Assembly: GCA_946965045.2 (NCBI GenBank)
Contig: OX337228.1
Location: 4,092,001 to 4,156,000 of the forward strand
Reading direction: 5' to 3'
Length of the DNA: 64,000 bases
Origin: Epithemia pelagica
Lineage: Eukaryota; Protista; Bacillariophyta
Below the pieces are notes generated by a model. That model worked only from the letters and a program-made list of their open reading frames with translations, was not told the origin of the DNA and ran no database searches. Positions 61,577 through 64,000 of this stretch are shown here, piece by piece (within the stretch, counting starts at the first letter, position 1; each line of letters starts with the position of its first letter). Position numbers and translations under genes: made by a program.

Positions 61577-62210
61577 TTCACTGGCATTCTTCTTGTACAT
61601 CACTATTCCCTATAGCTAAAATTGTATGATAATGCAAACTATCAGTATAAGCAATATTACTGTAGTCCTCCCCCAGCGCGAGCAAGGAGTACTCGTAGGA
61701 GTACGAGTATTGTAAGAAGGTCACTCGTACGAGTAGTACTCCTACTAGGAGTACGTACAATAGTATTAATCCTAGCTCTAGGTAAGGAATACGCGTAAAG
61801 AGGTCCAATCATCAATCATAGTTCCACGGATTCGTGACACAACTACCTAAGACCTAAAGTACTAAGATCTTAGGGGTAGGAGCCGCATCCGCAGGGGCTT
61901 CCGTGTAATGGCACCGTTGTAGATCCTTGAATTGATCCAGAGTCAGTTACCTTGGTAAGATGTAAGAGTAGTTTGTGGGTGGAGGAACTCTGAACCTGCT
62001 CCTAGAACTACAGATGTTGCCGAAAACCAGGGCTTGGTGATGCTCGGAGATGTCATCCTACCTAGTAGAGTTATCGACGACATCCGATTGCGATTTGGGG
62101 CATGCAGAAAAAATACCTCCACCACCAGGCGATGAAATGGATATTCGTCCTACGACTCAGCAATTGTTTCTGCTAATGTATCCAAAGAGTCTTCATTCCT
62201 TCCAAAAATA

Positions 62211-63080
62211 CTATTGACCCTTCCTATCACGTGAATTGACAAACTGCTCCTGCCAAGCCGCCAGATTCTCCTTCATTCGCTTGTTGAGCTTGCAAACAGG
62301 CCGCTGAGGCTTGATGCCTTGATCAAAGGCTTCTTGCCAGGTCCTGAATAGGCCGGCCTTCACAAGACACGCGCACATGACAGTGGTGGATCGACCTCTA
62401 CCATGGGCGCAATGGACAAGAACATCCCCGCCTTGGGAACTTGCGGTGAGTGCGAATGACGCGGCGTCTTCAAGTTGTTCAGGTGTAGCCGGAACCCCAT
62501 CCCAAGTAGGAATGGAGAGGTAAGAACGTGTATTGTTGATACAACTTTCAGGAAACTCGACAGTTAAGTCAATGACACCGGCCCAATTCTTTCCTAGTTC
62601 GTTGGAATTGCACCCTCCGACCCACCATCCTGGTTGTACCTCGGACGCCGGCGGGACCCTTTCACGAATAATTTTACCCTCTTTTTCAATCTTCTGCGTT
62701 CCTGTCATCAGGTGAATATTTGTATACAAAATCGTCGGAATATGAAATGGGAAGAATAGTACGTAACTCCATAGCGAAACCGTCCCATGCTTGGTATTCT
62801 TCCCCAGTATACCCATCCCTACTTCTAGTTTGAAAAGAACAGCGATGAGAGCATTCAGAACAGTGGAATATCCCAGCACAAGAGCTGGTACAGCACGCCA
62901 AAGGGCAATGCTGTCATCCCTCCCATCGCTTCCATCGAAGATCCGACGAGTACCATGGCCCAACAAATCGTAAAGAGTGATTTTTGCTCCTGCATCATTC
63001 TTCATGAAAAGAGAGTATCCCACGTATGAAATGCCTGACAACGCAACATATTTCAACCAGACTCCATGAACAGTTCCCAT
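62211..63080 (-). CDS. Dual-specificity protein phosphatase with N-terminal membrane helices (YnbD C-terminal-like)
   Basis: CX5R loop VLVHCAHGRGRS, VIDLTVEF, PTWDG acid loop, and hydrophobic N-terminal segments. Confidence 0.88.
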   Translation of the reverse strand: MGTVHGVWLKYVALSGISYVGYSLFMKNDAGAKITLYDLLGHGTRRIFDGSDGRDDSIALWRAVPALVLGYSTVLNALIAVLFKLEVGMGILGKNTKHGTVSLWSYVLFFPFHIPTILYTNIHLMTGTQKIEKEGKIIRERVPPASEVQPGWWVGGCNSNELGKNWAGVIDLTVEFPESCINNTRSYLSIPTWDGVPATPEQLEDAASFALTASSQGGDVLVHCAHGRGRSTTVMCACLVKAGLFRTWQEAFDQGIKPQRPVCKLNKRMKENLAAWQEQFVNSRDRKGQ

Positions 63081-63550
63081 TGTATTTTTTCAATTGCAGG
63101 GACAGACAAACTAGTGTAAGTATCACTGCGATCTTCGATGATGCCGGATGGCGGATGGTGGTGTTGGGACGAACGTATTCCCACACTTTGACTCTAACCT
63201 CTGACCCCGATGAGAATCCCTCCACGTTACCATCTCGTCCCGCGTGTGCAGTCACGCATGCATAGCATATAAAACATAAGCCCCCAGAAGTCCTTTAAGA
63301 ATCCACGTACCAGACAAAATTTGATTAGCAGCAATTTGGCACGACTCGCGCTACTGGTATATGGAGGTGAAGAAGTAATATAAACGTCTGGCGAGCCGTT
63401 GTCAATCTTCGCTTATCCGGGTTAATTGGGAGAATCGCTCACACTTTGTAGAACGTTTCTGTCGACTTTCTTCTCATTAAAGCAAGACCATCAGGCTGCT
63501 GCTGGGATTTCTGGATTGCGGACGGTAGGTCGGTTTCGGTTTGTAGTACA

Positions 63551-64000
63551 ATGACCATGGCGCTCGTTGACAAGGAGAATCTTGAAACAAACTCTCCAAC
63601 AAAGACAGGATGGAAGCGTGGATTGTTGACCCCCAAAGAAGCATTCGAGGCAGAAGTTGACAAAGCCGACGCTTGCGCTCACGGCAGTGACGAAGCCAAG
63701 GCAGAGAGGGGACAGCGATGGAGCTTGAAAGATTTTGAAATTGGGAAACCGCTCGGAAGAGGCAAGTTTGGTTCTGTCTACCTTGCTCGTGAGAAAAGAA
63801 GCAAGTATATTGTAGCAATCAAGGTGCTTCAAAAATCACAGCTGCTCAAAGCGGGTGTCGAACACCAGTTAAGACGAGAAATTGAAATACAGAGCCATCT
63901 GCGACACCGAAATATCCTCCGTATGTACGGCTACTTCTATGACGCCAAGCGAATCTACCTTATCCTGGAGTACTCTCCAGGTGGTGAACTGTACAAACGT
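63551..64000 (+). CDS. Aurora kinase, 5' part (runs off the window)
   Basis: [26 protein letters not shown]...VAIKVL...[27 protein letters not shown]...[11 protein letters not shown]. Confidence 0.95.
   Translation, partial: MTMALVDKENLETNSPTKTGWKRGLLTPKEAFEAEVDKADACAHGSDEAKAERGQRWSLKDFEIGKPLGRGKFGSVYLAREKRSKYIVAIKVLQKSQLLKAGVEHQLRREIEIQSHLRHRNILRMYGYFYDAKRIYLILEYSPGGELYKR

Overview
Gene-dense eukaryotic DNA with short GT-AG introns (~65-115 nt), most consistent with a pennate diatom or related stramenopile. Host genes: a 1.9-kaa SET/cyclin/CDK-like fusion, Nup85, an MFS sugar porter, a 2OG-Fe(II) oxygenase, a peroxiredoxin-like protein, neutral ceramidase, RNase HII, a RanBP2-ZnF protein, an RFC small subunit, a p300/CBP-like acetyltransferase, Prp22/DHX8, a dual-specificity phosphatase and the start of an Aurora kinase. 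There are also three paralogous STAND-type ATPase/helical-repeat genes (two disrupted, one intact). Mobile DNA: two full-length Ty1/copia (CoDi-like) LTR retrotransposons on the minus strand, a Tc1/mariner-pogo-type MITE and a short hAT-like element carrying a BED finger. Main highlights: (1) element 1 has no tRNA-type PBS; its PBS position is instead perfectly complementary to a 14-15-nt segment of its own LTR (Tf1-like self-priming geometry), and it carries an extra KOW-like ORF abutting gag; (2) a Set2-like methyltransferase is fused to a cyclin-T-like box and a catalytically dead CDK9-like domain; (3) element 2 has non-TG/CA identical LTRs, a chromodomain-like integrase tail and an initiator-tRNA-3'-end-like sequence outside its 5' LTR; (4) the kinase-less STAND ATPase cluster shows NLR-like birth and death. 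All homology calls are from motif recognition only; no database searches were run.
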